Positions 18,060-28,369 of a stretch of 64,000 nucleotides of DNA are shown here, one piece after another. The first letter of the stretch is position 1. Each line of letters opens with the position of its first letter. The DNA is taken from positions 18,974-82,973 of the forward strand of contig JBNKVS010000002.1 of NCBI GenBank assembly GCA_050299315.1, written 5' to 3'. The notes below the pieces were generated by a model that saw nothing but the letters and a program-made list of their open reading frames with translations, ran no database searches and was not told the origin of the DNA. Position numbers and translations under genes: made by a program. This stretch comes from Polyangiaceae bacterium (GTDB lineage Bacteria; Myxococcota_A; Polyangia; Polyangiales; Polyangiaceae).

Positions 18060-19249
18060 GACTCGACCTCCGCAACCACCGGCGCCGGCCGGCCCGCGCG
18101 GCGCCGCCCCCGCGGGAGCTGCGCGAGCCGGTCCGCCACCGCTGCCAGCGACTGAAGATTGTGACAGGGCAGGAAATCATCCACGTGCGGAAGAGCAGCG
18201 GCCATGCCCCGAACGCGGGGGGCGTAGCCGCGCCCCCCCAGCCGGGGATTGAGCCAGATCAAACGGTAGCATCGATTCTTCAAGGTCCTCATCTCCTGCT
18301 CCAGCACCTTCGTGCCGCGCGTTTCGCAGCCGTCACTGACCACGATGACAGCGGCGCCTCGACCGAGACAGCTCGGCGCCCAGCGCCTATTGAAAGTTTG
18401 CAGCGCTTCTCCAATGCGCGTGCCTCCCGAGAAGTCCGCGACCATGTGGCTCACTCGGTCGAGCGCGAAATCGGGGTCCCGCAGCGACAGCTCCTCGGTG
18501 ATTCGGGTCAGCCGCGTCGCGAACACGAACACCTCGAAGCGAGGTAACCCCCGCCCGAGCGCGTGGAAGAACTGCAACAGAACTCGCGAATACAGCTCCA
18601 TGGACCCGCTGATGTCCGCCAAGACGACCACGGGGCGAGGCTTGATGCGCCTGCGCGTGCGCGGCAAGCTGGCCGGTAAGGCTCCGCGCTTGGCCCAGGA
18701 AGCGAGAGCCCGTCGCAGATCCACCTTCCGCCCGCGACGGTGGGGAACGTCCCGACGCGTGAGCCGTTCGGCGAAGCGAAAATGCCGAACGCCGAGCAGC
18801 TGCTGGAGATGCGCGAGCTCCTCTTCGGTCATGGCCGAGAAATCCTTGCGCCGCAGAACCTCCTCCGGGCTCGCCGCCAAGCTGCGATCGGGAACGTCTA
18901 CCTCCGGATCGACGGCCCGCGGCTTTTGCGCCATGAAGCTCACGAGCGCCGGCCGTCGATGCCGGCGATCGTGGCGCGGCGCAGTCGGCATCTTCTGGAC
19001 ACTTTCCCCCTGCACGCGGCCCGGTGCTTGCCACAGCTCCGAGAAGACGCGCTGCAGCACGGGCAAATCCTCCCGGCGCGTGAGCAACGTGGCCCGCGCC
19101 GCGTGAAACAAGTCGTCACGATGGGTAGGGTCGAGCCACTGCAGGCTCTGCACGAAGCTCTCCACCCGGTCGACGCTCACGGCGAGACCAGCGCTCCTGA
19201 GCCGCTTCGCCAACAGCGCGACCACCGCCAAGACCTCTACGCCCTGCAC
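18056..19249 (-). CDS. coxE: CoxE-like von Willebrand factor A protein
   Basis: MIDAS DISGSM..., VVSDGCETRG; CoxE-type N-terminal region. ATGA overlap with the coxG start. Confidence 0.85.
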   Translation of the reverse strand: MQGVEVLAVVALLAKRLRSAGLAVSVDRVESFVQSLQWLDPTHRDDLFHAARATLLTRREDLPVLQRVFSELWQAPGRVQGESVQKMPTAPRHDRRHRRPALVSFMAQKPRAVDPEVDVPDRSLAASPEEVLRRKDFSAMTEEELAHLQQLLGVRHFRFAERLTRRDVPHRRGRKVDLRRALASWAKRGALPASLPRTRRRIKPRPVVVLADISGSMELYSRVLLQFFHALGRGLPRFEVFVFATRLTRITEELSLRDPDFALDRVSHMVADFSGGTRIGEALQTFNRRWAPSCLGRGAAVIVVSDGCETRGTKVLEQEMRTLKNRCYRLIWLNPRLGGRGYAPRVRGMAAALPHVDDFLPCHNLQSLAAVADRLAQLPRGRRRAGRPAPVVAEVES

Positions 19250-19252
19250 GGC

Positions 19253-20302
19253 TCAAACCACGACCTTGGCGCCCGCCGGCGGCGCTTCGCAGAGCGCCTC
19301 GCGGGCCAGGCCCGAGCGTAGCCGAGTGATGTCTTCGTGCACCTTGAGCAAGCACCCCGCGCTGGCGACGACCGCCTCCTCGGTGAGCTCGCGGACGCCG
19401 AGGTGCGCGAGCGCCAGGCTCCAATCGATGCTCTCGGCAACCCCCGGCGGCTTGCTCAGATCACGGCTGCGAAGCGCGGCATTGAACGCCGCGATCTGGC
19501 GCGCGAGCGCCTCGGAAACGGCGCCGGCCTTGCGCCGCAGGATACGAACCTCCTGGGCGATGCTGGGATACTCCACCCACTGGTACAGACAGCGGCGCTT
19601 GAGAGCGTCGTGCACGTCCCGTGTTCGGTTCGAGGTGACGACCACCACCGGCGGATGCGGAGCGACGATGGGGCCAAGCTCCGGGATCGTGATCTGGTAC
19701 TCGGAGAGCACTTCCAGCAGAAAGCTCTCGAACTCCTCGTCGGCGCGATCCACCTCGTCGATGAGGAGCACCGCCGGCTCGTCGCGGTCGGGGGCGATGG
19801 CCCGCAGCAGCGGGCGGCGCAGCAGAAACTCCTCGCGGTACAGCTCCCCGAGAAGAGCCTCGGCCCTTTCCTCCTGCGCCTCCGTCCCCGGCTCGCTCGC
19901 TCCCGCGCCGAGAGCCGTGCGCTGGGCCAGCTGCAGCCGCAGCAGCTGCCGGGGGTAGTTCCACTCGTACGCGGCCTGGGCGAGATCCAGCCCCTCGTAG
20001 CACTGGAGGCGAATCAGGTCGGTGCCCAGAGCGCGCGAGAGAGCGCGCGCGAGCTCGGTCTTTCCCACCCCGGGGGCTCCTTCCAACAGGAGCGGGCGAC
20101 CCATTTTGAGGGCCAGGAATACGGAGGTGCACAGGGCGGTATCCGCGACGTAGCCTTGGGCCTCGAGCGCCTCCGACACGTGCTGTACGGAGGAGAGCCC
20201 GTGCTGCGCCGCATTGCTGGCCTGCATGAGATTGGACAATAGGGGTCCGGCAAAGAAACTGTCAAACGAGCGCCGCGACGCGGAACCTTCCAGCCCCGCC
20301 AC
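19253..20302 (-). CDS. coxD: CoxD-like AAA+ (MoxR-type) ATPase
   Basis: Walker A GAPGVGKT, Walker B LLIDEVDRA, MoxR-like LIRLQCYEGLD. Start uncertain (ATG 20302 or ATG 20227). Confidence 0.85.
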   Translation of the reverse strand: MAGLEGSASRRSFDSFFAGPLLSNLMQASNAAQHGLSSVQHVSEALEAQGYVADTALCTSVFLALKMGRPLLLEGAPGVGKTELARALSRALGTDLIRLQCYEGLDLAQAAYEWNYPRQLLRLQLAQRTALGAGASEPGTEAQEERAEALLGELYREEFLLRRPLLRAIAPDRDEPAVLLIDEVDRADEEFESFLLEVLSEYQITIPELGPIVAPHPPVVVVTSNRTRDVHDALKRRCLYQWVEYPSIAQEVRILRRKAGAVSEALARQIAAFNAALRSRDLSKPPGVAESIDWSLALAHLGVRELTEEAVVASAGCLLKVHEDITRLRSGLAREALCEAPPAGAKVVV

Positions 20303-20383
20303 AGCGCTGGGCGGGCGCGGCCGCCCCCGTTTCGCCTGGCCTCCACGTTCGCGTCGCGCCGTTTTGGCTTGGGGCGGCGCGCA

Positions 20384-21382
20384 TCAGCCCGACCGGCTTC
20401 GCCAAACCTGAATCACCTCGGCCAGGATCGCGATGGCGATCTCGGCTGCGGTGCTCGCGCCGATGTCGATCCCCACCGGGCCGTGGATGCGTGCGAGCGA
20501 CCGCTCGTCGAAGCCGGCCGCCGCGAGGTGATCGCGGCGAGCCCGTTGCGTTCGCCCACTTCCCAGCGCACCGATGTAGAAGCAATCCGTACGCAGCGCG
20601 GCAGCCAGCGCGGGCTCGTCGATCTTCGCGTCGTGCGAGAGGACGACGACGGCCGTGCTGGAGTCGGGCGAGAGCGCCGGAATTGCCTCGTCCGGCCAGT
20701 CGTGCACGAGTGTAACCCCTGGAAACCGCTCTAGTGTAGCGAAGGCGCGGCGCGGATCGACCACGGTGGCGGCGTACCCGAGAGGGCCGGCGAACTGGGC
20801 CACGGCCTGGGAAAGGTGCGCCGCGCCAACCAGGATCAGGCGCCGCGCCGGAAGCACCGCGTGGAGGAAGATGCGCTCCGCCCCTTCGCCGAACCAGCGG
20901 CTCTCTCCGCTCGACAACCCTCGCTTCACGGCAGCCGCGAGATCGGCGGACGCCGGCAGCGAATGCCGACTCCAGACCTCGATGTTCCCCGAGAGGGCAG
21001 TCCCCACGACCACGGCGGTCCGCTCGGCGCGGGCGCGCTGGTAGGCACCGGCGACGACGGCGGGAAAATTCGAGAGCAGCACCTCGATCCGCCCCCCGCA
21101 CGGCAGGCCCACAGACCACGCCTGCTCGCTGCTGACTCCGAACGACAGGAGGCGCGGGGGCTCGTCGGACCCCAACTCGGCTGCGGCCTGCAAGACGGCG
21201 GACTCGACGCACCCCCCTGACACCGAGCCGACGAACCGCCCATCGTTGCACACGACCATCTGGCTTCCCACCGGCCGCGGCGACGAGCGCCACGTGTCGA
21301 CGACGGTAGCCACCTTCGCCGCATGCCCCGCCTCGAGCCAGCCGGCTGCGGCGCGGGCCAGCGCTTCCACTTCTTCGCTCAT
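20384..21382 (-). CDS. XdhC/CoxF/CoxI-family molybdoenzyme maturation protein
   Basis: ATVVDTWRSSPRPVGSQMVV..GRFVGSVSGGCVE (XdhC_CoxI N-domain) plus Rossmann-like LILVGAAHLSQAVAQFA C-domain. ATG at 21382 (MSEEVEAL). Confidence 0.8.
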   Translation of the reverse strand: MSEEVEALARAAAGWLEAGHAAKVATVVDTWRSSPRPVGSQMVVCNDGRFVGSVSGGCVESAVLQAAAELGSDEPPRLLSFGVSSEQAWSVGLPCGGRIEVLLSNFPAVVAGAYQRARAERTAVVVGTALSGNIEVWSRHSLPASADLAAAVKRGLSSGESRWFGEGAERIFLHAVLPARRLILVGAAHLSQAVAQFAGPLGYAATVVDPRRAFATLERFPGVTLVHDWPDEAIPALSPDSSTAVVVLSHDAKIDEPALAAALRTDCFYIGALGSGRTQRARRDHLAAAGFDERSLARIHGPVGIDIGASTAAEIAIAILAEVIQVWRSRSG

Positions 21383-21749
21383 TGGGCCTCCGACCCAGAG
21401 GCTACACCCAGGCGCCCCCAGCCCCAAGCCCCGTCCGCGCCATCGCAGTCCCGCTGCGTCGGCGGCCGGTGCGCGGGCGGCGCGTTTCCGTGGAGGACGG
21501 GCGATTTCGGCGCGGGGAGAGAGCCGACGTGGGTCCGACCCGAACGCAACCCCTCCGACCCGCTGCCATCCGGTTCGATCCCCGATTTCCGTCGCGCGAG
21601 GCGGAGCCGCGAACGCGGGGCTTCCTCGCGAGCCCCGCGCGGCTCGGCGCGGGGGGCGAGCCGCGTGCGCGCCCGCGGGAAGACCCCGGGGCTCCTTCGG
21701 GGGCCCACTCGCGGATGGACTTCCGTTTCCGCGGCACTACGCTCCGAGC

Positions 21750-24700
21750 ATGGGAAGTGAGCCTCCGATCACGGCGCTTCGGCCGGACGCCTTCCACCCT
21801 GCGGTTCGCGCCTGGTTCGAGACCCACCACGAGGGTCCCACCGAGGCGCAGCGGCTCGGGTGGCCGGCGATTCAGAGCGGCCGCCACACGCTCATCGCCG
21901 CGCCGACCGGAAGTGGCAAGACGCTCGCCGCCTTCTTGTGCGCAATCGACGCGCTGGTGCGCCGGGCGCAAGCAGCCCCCCTGCCGCCCGAAACGACGGT
22001 CGTCTACGTCTCCCCCCTCAAGGCGCTCAGCAACGACATCGCCAAGAACCTCGAGCGCCCCCTCGCGGGAATCCAGCGAGAGCTGTCGGCGCGAGGCCTT
22101 TCTCCGTGCAACATCGAAACGCTCGTGCGCTCGGGGGACACGCCGGCCAAGGAGCGCCAGCGGCTCGCCAAGACGCCCCCGCACATTCTCGTCACGACCC
22201 CGGAATCCCTCTACATTCTGCTCACCAGCGAAAGCGGTCGACGCGCCCTGTCCACCGTGACCACCGTCATCGTGGACGAGATCCACGCGATGGTCGGCGC
22301 GAAACGCGGCGCCCACTTGAGCCTCTCTCTGGAGCGGCTCGCGGCCCTCGCAAAGAGGCCCGTACAACGCATCGGCCTCAGCGCCACCCAGAAGCCCCTC
22401 GACGAAGTGGGTCGATTCCTGATCGGAGCGGGGGAGCTCGAGGCGCAACGCCCCTGCCAGCTCGTCGACTGCGGGCGAACGCGGGAGCTGACGTTGGCCA
22501 TCGAATTGCCGCGTTCACCGCTCGAAGCCGTGATGTCGGCGGAGGTCTGGGGCGAAGTGTACGACCGCCTGACGGAGCTCGTGCGGCAGCGCTCCACCAC
22601 CTTGGTGTTCGTGGGCAACCGCCGGCTGGCGGAGCGCCTGTGCCGGCAGCTCGCCGAACGCCTCGGCGCCGAGCGGGTCGCGGCCCACCACGGGAGCCTG
22701 TCCAAAGAGCGCAGGCTACAGGCCGAGCTGCGCCTCAAAAATGGCGAACTCGACGCGCTGGTGGCAACGGCGTCGCTCGAGCTGGGAATCGACATCGGCT
22801 CCGTCGATCGGGTGTGCCAGATCGGCTCGCCGCGGACCATCTCCTCGCTGCTTCAGCGCGTGGGTCGCTCGGGCCACCACGTGGGAGGGGTTCCCGACGG
22901 CAGGCTTTTTCCCCTGAGCCGCAACGACCTGGTCGAGTGCTGTGCTTTGCTCGACTGTGTCGCGAGAACCGAGTTGGATCGCGTGCGCTGCCCGGATGCC
23001 CCGCTGGACATCCTGGCGCAGCAGCTGGTCGCCATCGTGGCCAGCGAGGCGTGGCCCGCCCCCGAGCTGCTGCGGCTGGTGCGCAGGAGCTACTGCTACC
23101 GCGACCTTCCGGAGGAACGCTTTCGGGCGGTGCTGCGAATGCTGAGCGAGGGCTTCGACACCAAGCGCGGGCGCCGCGCGGCCCTGGTGAGAACCGACCC
23201 CGTCACGGACGTGGTGAGCGGCCGCCGCGCGGCGCGCCTGACGGCTGTGACCAGCGGCGGTGCCATCGCAGACAACACCGACTACAAGGTGGTGCTCGAG
23301 CCCGAAGAGACGCACGTCGGCAGCATCGGCGAGGACTTCGCCGTCGAAGCGATGGCGGGAGACATCTTCCAGCTGGGAAACGCCTCGTGGCAAATCCTCA
23401 AGGTGGAGACGGGCGTCGTGCGGGTGGCGGATGCCCGGGGAAAGCCGCCGACGATCCCCTTTTGGTTGGGCGAAGGCCCAGCGCGCAGCGACGAGGTTTC
23501 CCGCAGCGTCATGCTCTTGACCGGCGAGTGCCTGGGCTTTCTCGAGAGCGCCGGCTCCGAGGCGGCGGGCGAGCCCGTCGAAGCCGGGGCCCGCGGGTTG
23601 TCGGCGGCCCTCGCCCAGGCGAGAGGGCTCGAGCCGGCCGCAGCGGACCAAATCGCGGATTACCTCGCCGGAGCCTACCTGAGCCTTTCGGGGCTGCCGA
23701 CGCGCGACCGGATCGTCGTCGAGCGCTTCTTCGACGAAGCGCAGAACCTGCATTTGGTGATCCACAGCCGGTACGGCGCCCGCATCAACCGAGCGTGGGG
23801 GCTCGCCCTGCGCAAGCGCTTTTGCAAGACGTTCAACTTCGAGCTGCAGGCAGCGGCCACGGAGGACGCAGTGCTTCTCTCGATGGGCCCGACCCACAGC
23901 TTCGAGCTGAGCCAAGTCGGGGCCTTCCTACGCCAGCACAGCGCGCGCTCCGTGCTGGTTCAGGCTCTGCTCGATGCGCCGATGTTCGAGATTCGCTGGC
24001 GGCACAACACGGCTCGCGCCCTGGCCACGCCCCGTTTTTTGGCAGGCAAGAAAGTGCCCGCATACCTGCTCCGGATACGCGCGGACGATCTACTGGCCAC
24101 GGCTTTCCCCGACCAACAGGCGTGCCTGGAGAACCTCGCGGGGGAACGCGAAATCCCCGATCATCCGCTGGTGAGCCAGACCATCGAGGACTGTCTGACG
24201 GAAGCCATGGACGTGGCGGGCTTCCTCGAGCTGCTCGGGCGCATCGAGGCCGGACAGGTGAAGATGCTGTATCGCGACGTGACGGAGCCCTCGCCGCTCG
24301 CACACGAGATTCTCAATGCGAACCCCTACTCTTTCCTCGACCCCGCGCCCCTCGAGGAGCGGCGCACTCAGGCCGTGATGACCCGGCGCTTCGTCGATCC
24401 GAAGACGGCCTCGGACCTCGGAGCCCTGGATCGAGACGCCATCGCCCGGGTCCGGCGGGAGGCGTGGCCGGAAACGGAGAGCGCCGACGAGCTCAGTGAC
24501 GCCCTCGGCCTGTGCGGCTTTTGGAGCGAGCACGAAGGGCGGCAAGCGCGGGCCGGGGGCGCCTTCGACGAGTTGCGCGCCCAGGGCCGGGCGACGCGGC
24601 TGCGACGAGGCGACAGCGCTCTTTGGGTCGCGGCGGAACACCTCACAGCCGTGCGGCAGCTGGTCGGCGAAGCTCTCGTCGAGCCCGCGCTGCACCTCCC

Positions 24701-26114
24701 CGAGGCGCTCGGTCGGCCCGCGGCGGAGCCGGCCGTCGCGCTCGCCCGGCTGCGGCTGCAATGCCTCGGGCCGGTCGCGGCGACCGAGCTGGCCGCACCG
24801 CTCGTCGGCCTCGCCGGAGACCCGGCGGCCGTCGCCCGAGCGCTGGCCTCCGCGCTGATCACGTTGGAAGCCGAAGGTGCCATTTTGCGTGGCCGCTTCG
24901 ATCCGGGCGTCGAGGAAGAGCAGTGGTGCGAGCGGGGCCTGTTGGCACGCATCCACCGGTACACTCTTCGGCGGCTGCGGCGGGAGATCGAGCCAGTCGA
25001 CGCAGCGTGTTTCATGCGCTTCCTACTGTGCTGGCACCACCTCGACCAAGAGCACGGCGTGCGTGGGCAGCAAGCCCTGGTGGCCGTCGTCGACCAACTG
25101 GAGGGCTTCGGCGCGGCGGCCTCCGCGTGGGAGCCCGCTCTCCTTTCCTCGCGCCTGCCCGGCTACCAACCCCGCTGGCTCGACGAGCTGTGCCTCTCTG
25201 GTCGGGTCTGCTGGGGCAGGCATACGGGCCCGAGCGCAGCGCGGGCCTTGCGTTCACTTTCCACGACTCCGATCACGTTGCTCGCGAGAGCCAACCTCTC
25301 GTGGCTGTCGCAAACGCGCCGCCCGCTGGAGCGCTCGGCGCTCTCGTCGCGCGCAGCGCTGGTGCTGGCCGCGCTGGAGCACGGCGGACCCGCGTTCTTC
25401 GGCGACCTCCAGCGGCAGGTGCCGCTGCGCAGCGAGCTCGAGGCGGCACTGTCGGAGTTGGTCGCCGCGGGCTGGGCTTCGGCAGACGGCTTCAGCGGAA
25501 TGCGAGGGCTGCTCGCCTCGCCGCGCGGCGACCGACACCCGAAGCGCGCCGGTCGGTTGCGCAGCCCCCTCGCCCCGAGCGGGCTGGAGGCCGCGGGAAG
25601 GTGGTCCGCCCTGCCGCCGGGCAAATCGAGTGCCGAACCACCGGAGGAGTGCGTGGTCGGCTGGGCGCGCCTGCTCCTGCGGCGCTACGGGGTCGTCTTC
25701 CGCGCCCTGCTGGATCGCGAAGCGGCGCCGCCCTGGCGCGATTTGTTGCGGGAGCTGCGGGCGATGGAGGCGCGCGGCGACGTGCGAGGGGGCCGCTTCG
25801 TGAGCCGAATGGCGGGGGAGCAGTTCGCACTGCCGGAAGCGATCTCCGTGCTCAGAAGCCAGCGGCGACGGGCGAGCACCGATCAGCACGTATGGGTGGC
25901 GGCCTGCGATCCACTCAATCTCGTAGGCGCCCTGCTGCCGGGGGAGCGCGTACCAGCAGCCCCCAACAACGCGCTGCTGTTTCGAGCAGGCAGCCCGATT
26001 GCCGCGCTCGAAGCGGGGCAGGTGCGCGTGCTCGATCCGGAGAGCGCCAGCAGCGAGGGGGCGTACCGGGCCCGGCTTCTGCAAGGTCCGGCGCCGCGGG
26101 CGGCCGCCGGGTGA
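21750..26114 (+). CDS. lhr: Lhr-family large ATP-dependent DEAD/DEAH helicase
   Basis: 1454 aa. Motif I AAPTGSGKT, motif II VIVDEIHAM, SAT-like LSAT, motif VI QRVGRSGH, long Lhr-type C-terminal extension. ATG 21750 (MGSEPPITALRPDAFHPAVRAWF). Confidence 0.9.
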   Translation: MGSEPPITALRPDAFHPAVRAWFETHHEGPTEAQRLGWPAIQSGRHTLIAAPTGSGKTLAAFLCAIDALVRRAQAAPLPPETTVVYVSPLKALSNDIAKNLERPLAGIQRELSARGLSPCNIETLVRSGDTPAKERQRLAKTPPHILVTTPESLYILLTSESGRRALSTVTTVIVDEIHAMVGAKRGAHLSLSLERLAALAKRPVQRIGLSATQKPLDEVGRFLIGAGELEAQRPCQLVDCGRTRELTLAIELPRSPLEAVMSAEVWGEVYDRLTELVRQRSTTLVFVGNRRLAERLCRQLAERLGAERVAAHHGSLSKERRLQAELRLKNGELDALVATASLELGIDIGSVDRVCQIGSPRTISSLLQRVGRSGHHVGGVPDGRLFPLSRNDLVECCALLDCVARTELDRVRCPDAPLDILAQQLVAIVASEAWPAPELLRLVRRSYCYRDLPEERFRAVLRMLSEGFDTKRGRRAALVRTDPVTDVVSGRRAARLTAVTSGGAIADNTDYKVVLEPEETHVGSIGEDFAVEAMAGDIFQLGNASWQILKVETGVVRVADARGKPPTIPFWLGEGPARSDEVSRSVMLLTGECLGFLESAGSEAAGEPVEAGARGLSAALAQARGLEPAAADQIADYLAGAYLSLSGLPTRDRIVVERFFDEAQNLHLVIHSRYGARINRAWGLALRKRFCKTFNFELQAAATEDAVLLSMGPTHSFELSQVGAFLRQHSARSVLVQALLDAPMFEIRWRHNTARALATPRFLAGKKVPAYLLRIRADDLLATAFPDQQACLENLAGEREIPDHPLVSQTIEDCLTEAMDVAGFLELLGRIEAGQVKMLYRDVTEPSPLAHEILNANPYSFLDPAPLEERRTQAVMTRRFVDPKTASDLGALDRDAIARVRREAWPETESADELSDALGLCGFWSEHEGRQARAGGAFDELRAQGRATRLRRGDSALWVAAEHLTAVRQLVGEALVEPALHLPEALGRPAAEPAVALARLRLQCLGPVAATELAAPLVGLAGDPAAVARALASALITLEAEGAILRGRFDPGVEEEQWCERGLLARIHRYTLRRLRREIEPVDAACFMRFLLCWHHLDQEHGVRGQQALVAVVDQLEGFGAAASAWEPALLSSRLPGYQPRWLDELCLSGRVCWGRHTGPSAARALRSLSTTPITLLARANLSWLSQTRRPLERSALSSRAALVLAALEHGGPAFFGDLQRQVPLRSELEAALSELVAAGWASADGFSGMRGLLASPRGDRHPKRAGRLRSPLAPSGLEAAGRWSALPPGKSSAEPPEECVVGWARLLLRRYGVVFRALLDREAAPPWRDLLRELRAMEARGDVRGGRFVSRMAGEQFALPEAISVLRSQRRRASTDQHVWVAACDPLNLVGALLPGERVPAAPNNALLFRAGSPIAALEAGQVRVLDPESASSEGAYRARLLQGPAPRAAAG

Positions 26115-26181
26115 ACCCCACTCGGGCTCGAGCGGCACCCGGACGGGGACCGGCGGCCTGGGGCGCGGGCCGCGCCGCTGC

Positions 26182-26592
26182 TCACTGATCGATCAACTCT
26201 TGGAGCCGGTTGAGCTCGACCTCCAAGTGCTCGGCCGTGATGCGCTCGCGCGGCGACGGTACCGACCCATCGCTCGTGCCCTCCGGGACGGACGCCCCGG
26301 GAGGCGACGCGACAGCACTCCGTTCGTCGCGCGTCGTGGCGCGCCGCGGGCCTCGTGGGGTCGACGAGGCGCCGCGGAGCGCAGGGCGCAGCTGCTGGAC
26401 GACCTGCTGAGGCTCGGCCTCGAGGCAGCCCGAGCCGCCTGCCGCCACCCACACGCACAGTGCCGCGCGCGCCCACCGGCAGGGGGAGGATGCCGACCGC
26501 CGGCCCGTACGCACGCACGGGCGGTGCGCCGCGCGACGGGAGGGCGACCTCCCCGCAACCCCTCTGCCGCTGAGCAATCGAGTGAACGACAT
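26182..26592 (-). CDS. hypothetical small protein, possibly a lipoprotein
   Basis: ATG lies 1 nt after the GH6 stop (TGA-G-ATG). High GC3 throughout. Internal hydrophobic stretch ending AAGGSGC (lipobox-like). Helical C-terminus ITAEHLEVELNRLQELIDQ. No recognised family. Confidence 0.35.
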   Translation of the reverse strand: MSFTRLLSGRGVAGRSPSRRAAHRPCVRTGRRSASSPCRWARAALCVWVAAGGSGCLEAEPQQVVQQLRPALRGASSTPRGPRRATTRDERSAVASPPGASVPEGTSDGSVPSPRERITAEHLEVELNRLQELIDQ

Positions 26593-26593
26593 C

Positions 26594-28369
26594 TCAGAAT
26601 GCGGCGTTGCGGGCCAGCTCCAGAGCGTAGCGGGTGCAGAACTGCCCGGCGCTCACTCCCGCGCACTGGCCACACGCACCGTCCGACTCGCCGGGCCGCT
26701 TCACCCACAGCAGCGCGTGGACGAGGGGATTGCCGGTATCGGTGGTGGGCGCTTCGCCGAGCCCGGCGCCGGCAGGGTTGCACCACTCGCCGCCGCGCCC
26801 GCCCTGGCCGTTGCGGCTCGTGTCGATGATGAACGGCTTGCCGCCCACGAGCGCGGATAGCTGGGTGCCGTAGTCGATCAGCGCGTTCGTCGGCTCGAAG
26901 TTGGAAACGTTCACGGCGAACCCCGTGGCTTCTTCGATCCCGGCGCGCCGCAGCCGCTCCGCCATCACCGCCGCAGGGTGCCAGTTGGAGTGGGCCCCGT
27001 CGATGTAGACCGCCACGCCCGGGTTCTGGCGCAAGCTGCGCACGGCGTAGGCGATCAACTGATCCACCTCTCCCTCGCAGCCGAGCGCCAGCGCGTCGGG
27101 TTCGAGAACGACCGCGGCCTGCTTGCCCTGCAGCGAGCGCGACATGGCGTCGATCCAGCCTCGATACTCGTCCGCGCTGCCGGCGCCCCCCGCCGACTCG
27201 TTGCCGCAGTCGCGATCCGGAATGTTGTACGCCACCAGGACGGCGTAGTTGCCACCGCCGCCGTCGACGATGGCGCCAGCCCGGGCCGGGTCCCCCCCGT
27301 TGAGCCAAAAGGCCGTCGGGTTGAGGGCGACCTTGCCGAGGAGCTCTCGCTCGGCTCCGGCAGCCGCATCGTACGCCGCCAGCGCCTGGCGGGCTCCGGT
27401 GTGCAGCGAGCGCCCCGCAAACGGGTTTGCGCCCTCCGCCACGGGCACGACCGGGCCCGGCGATCCGGATTGCGCGGCCCCCTCGCCGCCGCTCGCAACC
27501 GGTGTGACTGCCGGTGGGTCGCGAAACAACGCCAGCCGCTCCACTCCCAGCTCGATGTCCGCGACGCCGCCTTCGCTGCGCACGAGGAAATTGATGCCGA
27601 TGACCCGGGCGAGATCGAGCGCTGCCGCCTGAGCCCACTCGGGCTGGCTGAACGCCGAGAAGGGCAGGCGAAGCTCCTCGGGCTCCGCAGCGAGCGTGAC
27701 GGGAACGGAGAAGTGACCGAAGCATCCTTCGCCCGCACAGGCCCCGCCCTCGGCCGTACCCGTGGTGGCCGTGGTGACGAGCTCCAGAGCGACCAAGCCG
27801 CGGCCCCGCACGCGCACCGACAGCCCGGAATACGAGCCGAGATCCACCTCGCCTCGCGGGCCTCCCGTGTCGTCGAAGCCCACGCCGACGCCGACGCCCC
27901 AGTCGCTGAAGCCCGAGCCGGAGACGACCAGGGCTCCGGCCACCGGCGCCGCGGGCACGCCTTCGGGTGGATCGACCTGGCCCGTGCCGTCCGAATACGT
28001 CGACCAGGTTCCCCGGAAGCCGGGCGCCTCGAGAAACGCATCGCCGTCCGCGAAGTCATCCAAAAGCAGCTCGGTGGGCTCGACGGGTGGCCCGGCGCTC
28101 TCGCCCCCACCGCTCACTGCGAGGGAGCCCATCGGGATGCCGCCGGCCGCCGCAGCGTTTTCCCCGCGGGACGGCTGCGGGGCGGACCGGGCCGCTGTGG
28201 AGGACGGCGCTGTGGAGGACGGCGCGAGGGCTGGCGCCTCGTTCGGCGAGGCCTCCCCGCCCCCACAGCCGGTCGCGACGAGGGGAGCCACGACCAGAGC
28301 GCTCGCCAGCAGAGCCCGAGGGATCCCGCAGAAGCCCGATGCCCTGCCACACGCGACTCGCTCTTTCAT
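26594..28369 (-). CDS. secreted lipoprotein: CBM11/CIA30-like module + glycoside hydrolase family 6 (cellulase)
   Basis: Signal peptide with lipobox LVATGC. GH6 catalytic motifs YNIPDRDCGNESAGG, VLEPDALA, LWVKRPGESDG. The N-terminal about 200-aa beta-sandwich-like module (LLLDDFADGDAF..GINFLV) is called at lower confidence. Confidence 0.85.
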   Translation of the reverse strand: MKERVACGRASGFCGIPRALLASALVVAPLVATGCGGGEASPNEAPALAPSSTAPSSTAARSAPQPSRGENAAAAGGIPMGSLAVSGGGESAGPPVEPTELLLDDFADGDAFLEAPGFRGTWSTYSDGTGQVDPPEGVPAAPVAGALVVSGSGFSDWGVGVGVGFDDTGGPRGEVDLGSYSGLSVRVRGRGLVALELVTTATTGTAEGGACAGEGCFGHFSVPVTLAAEPEELRLPFSAFSQPEWAQAAALDLARVIGINFLVRSEGGVADIELGVERLALFRDPPAVTPVASGGEGAAQSGSPGPVVPVAEGANPFAGRSLHTGARQALAAYDAAAGAERELLGKVALNPTAFWLNGGDPARAGAIVDGGGGNYAVLVAYNIPDRDCGNESAGGAGSADEYRGWIDAMSRSLQGKQAAVVLEPDALALGCEGEVDQLIAYAVRSLRQNPGVAVYIDGAHSNWHPAAVMAERLRRAGIEEATGFAVNVSNFEPTNALIDYGTQLSALVGGKPFIIDTSRNGQGGRGGEWCNPAGAGLGEAPTTDTGNPLVHALLWVKRPGESDGACGQCAGVSAGQFCTRYALELARNAAF

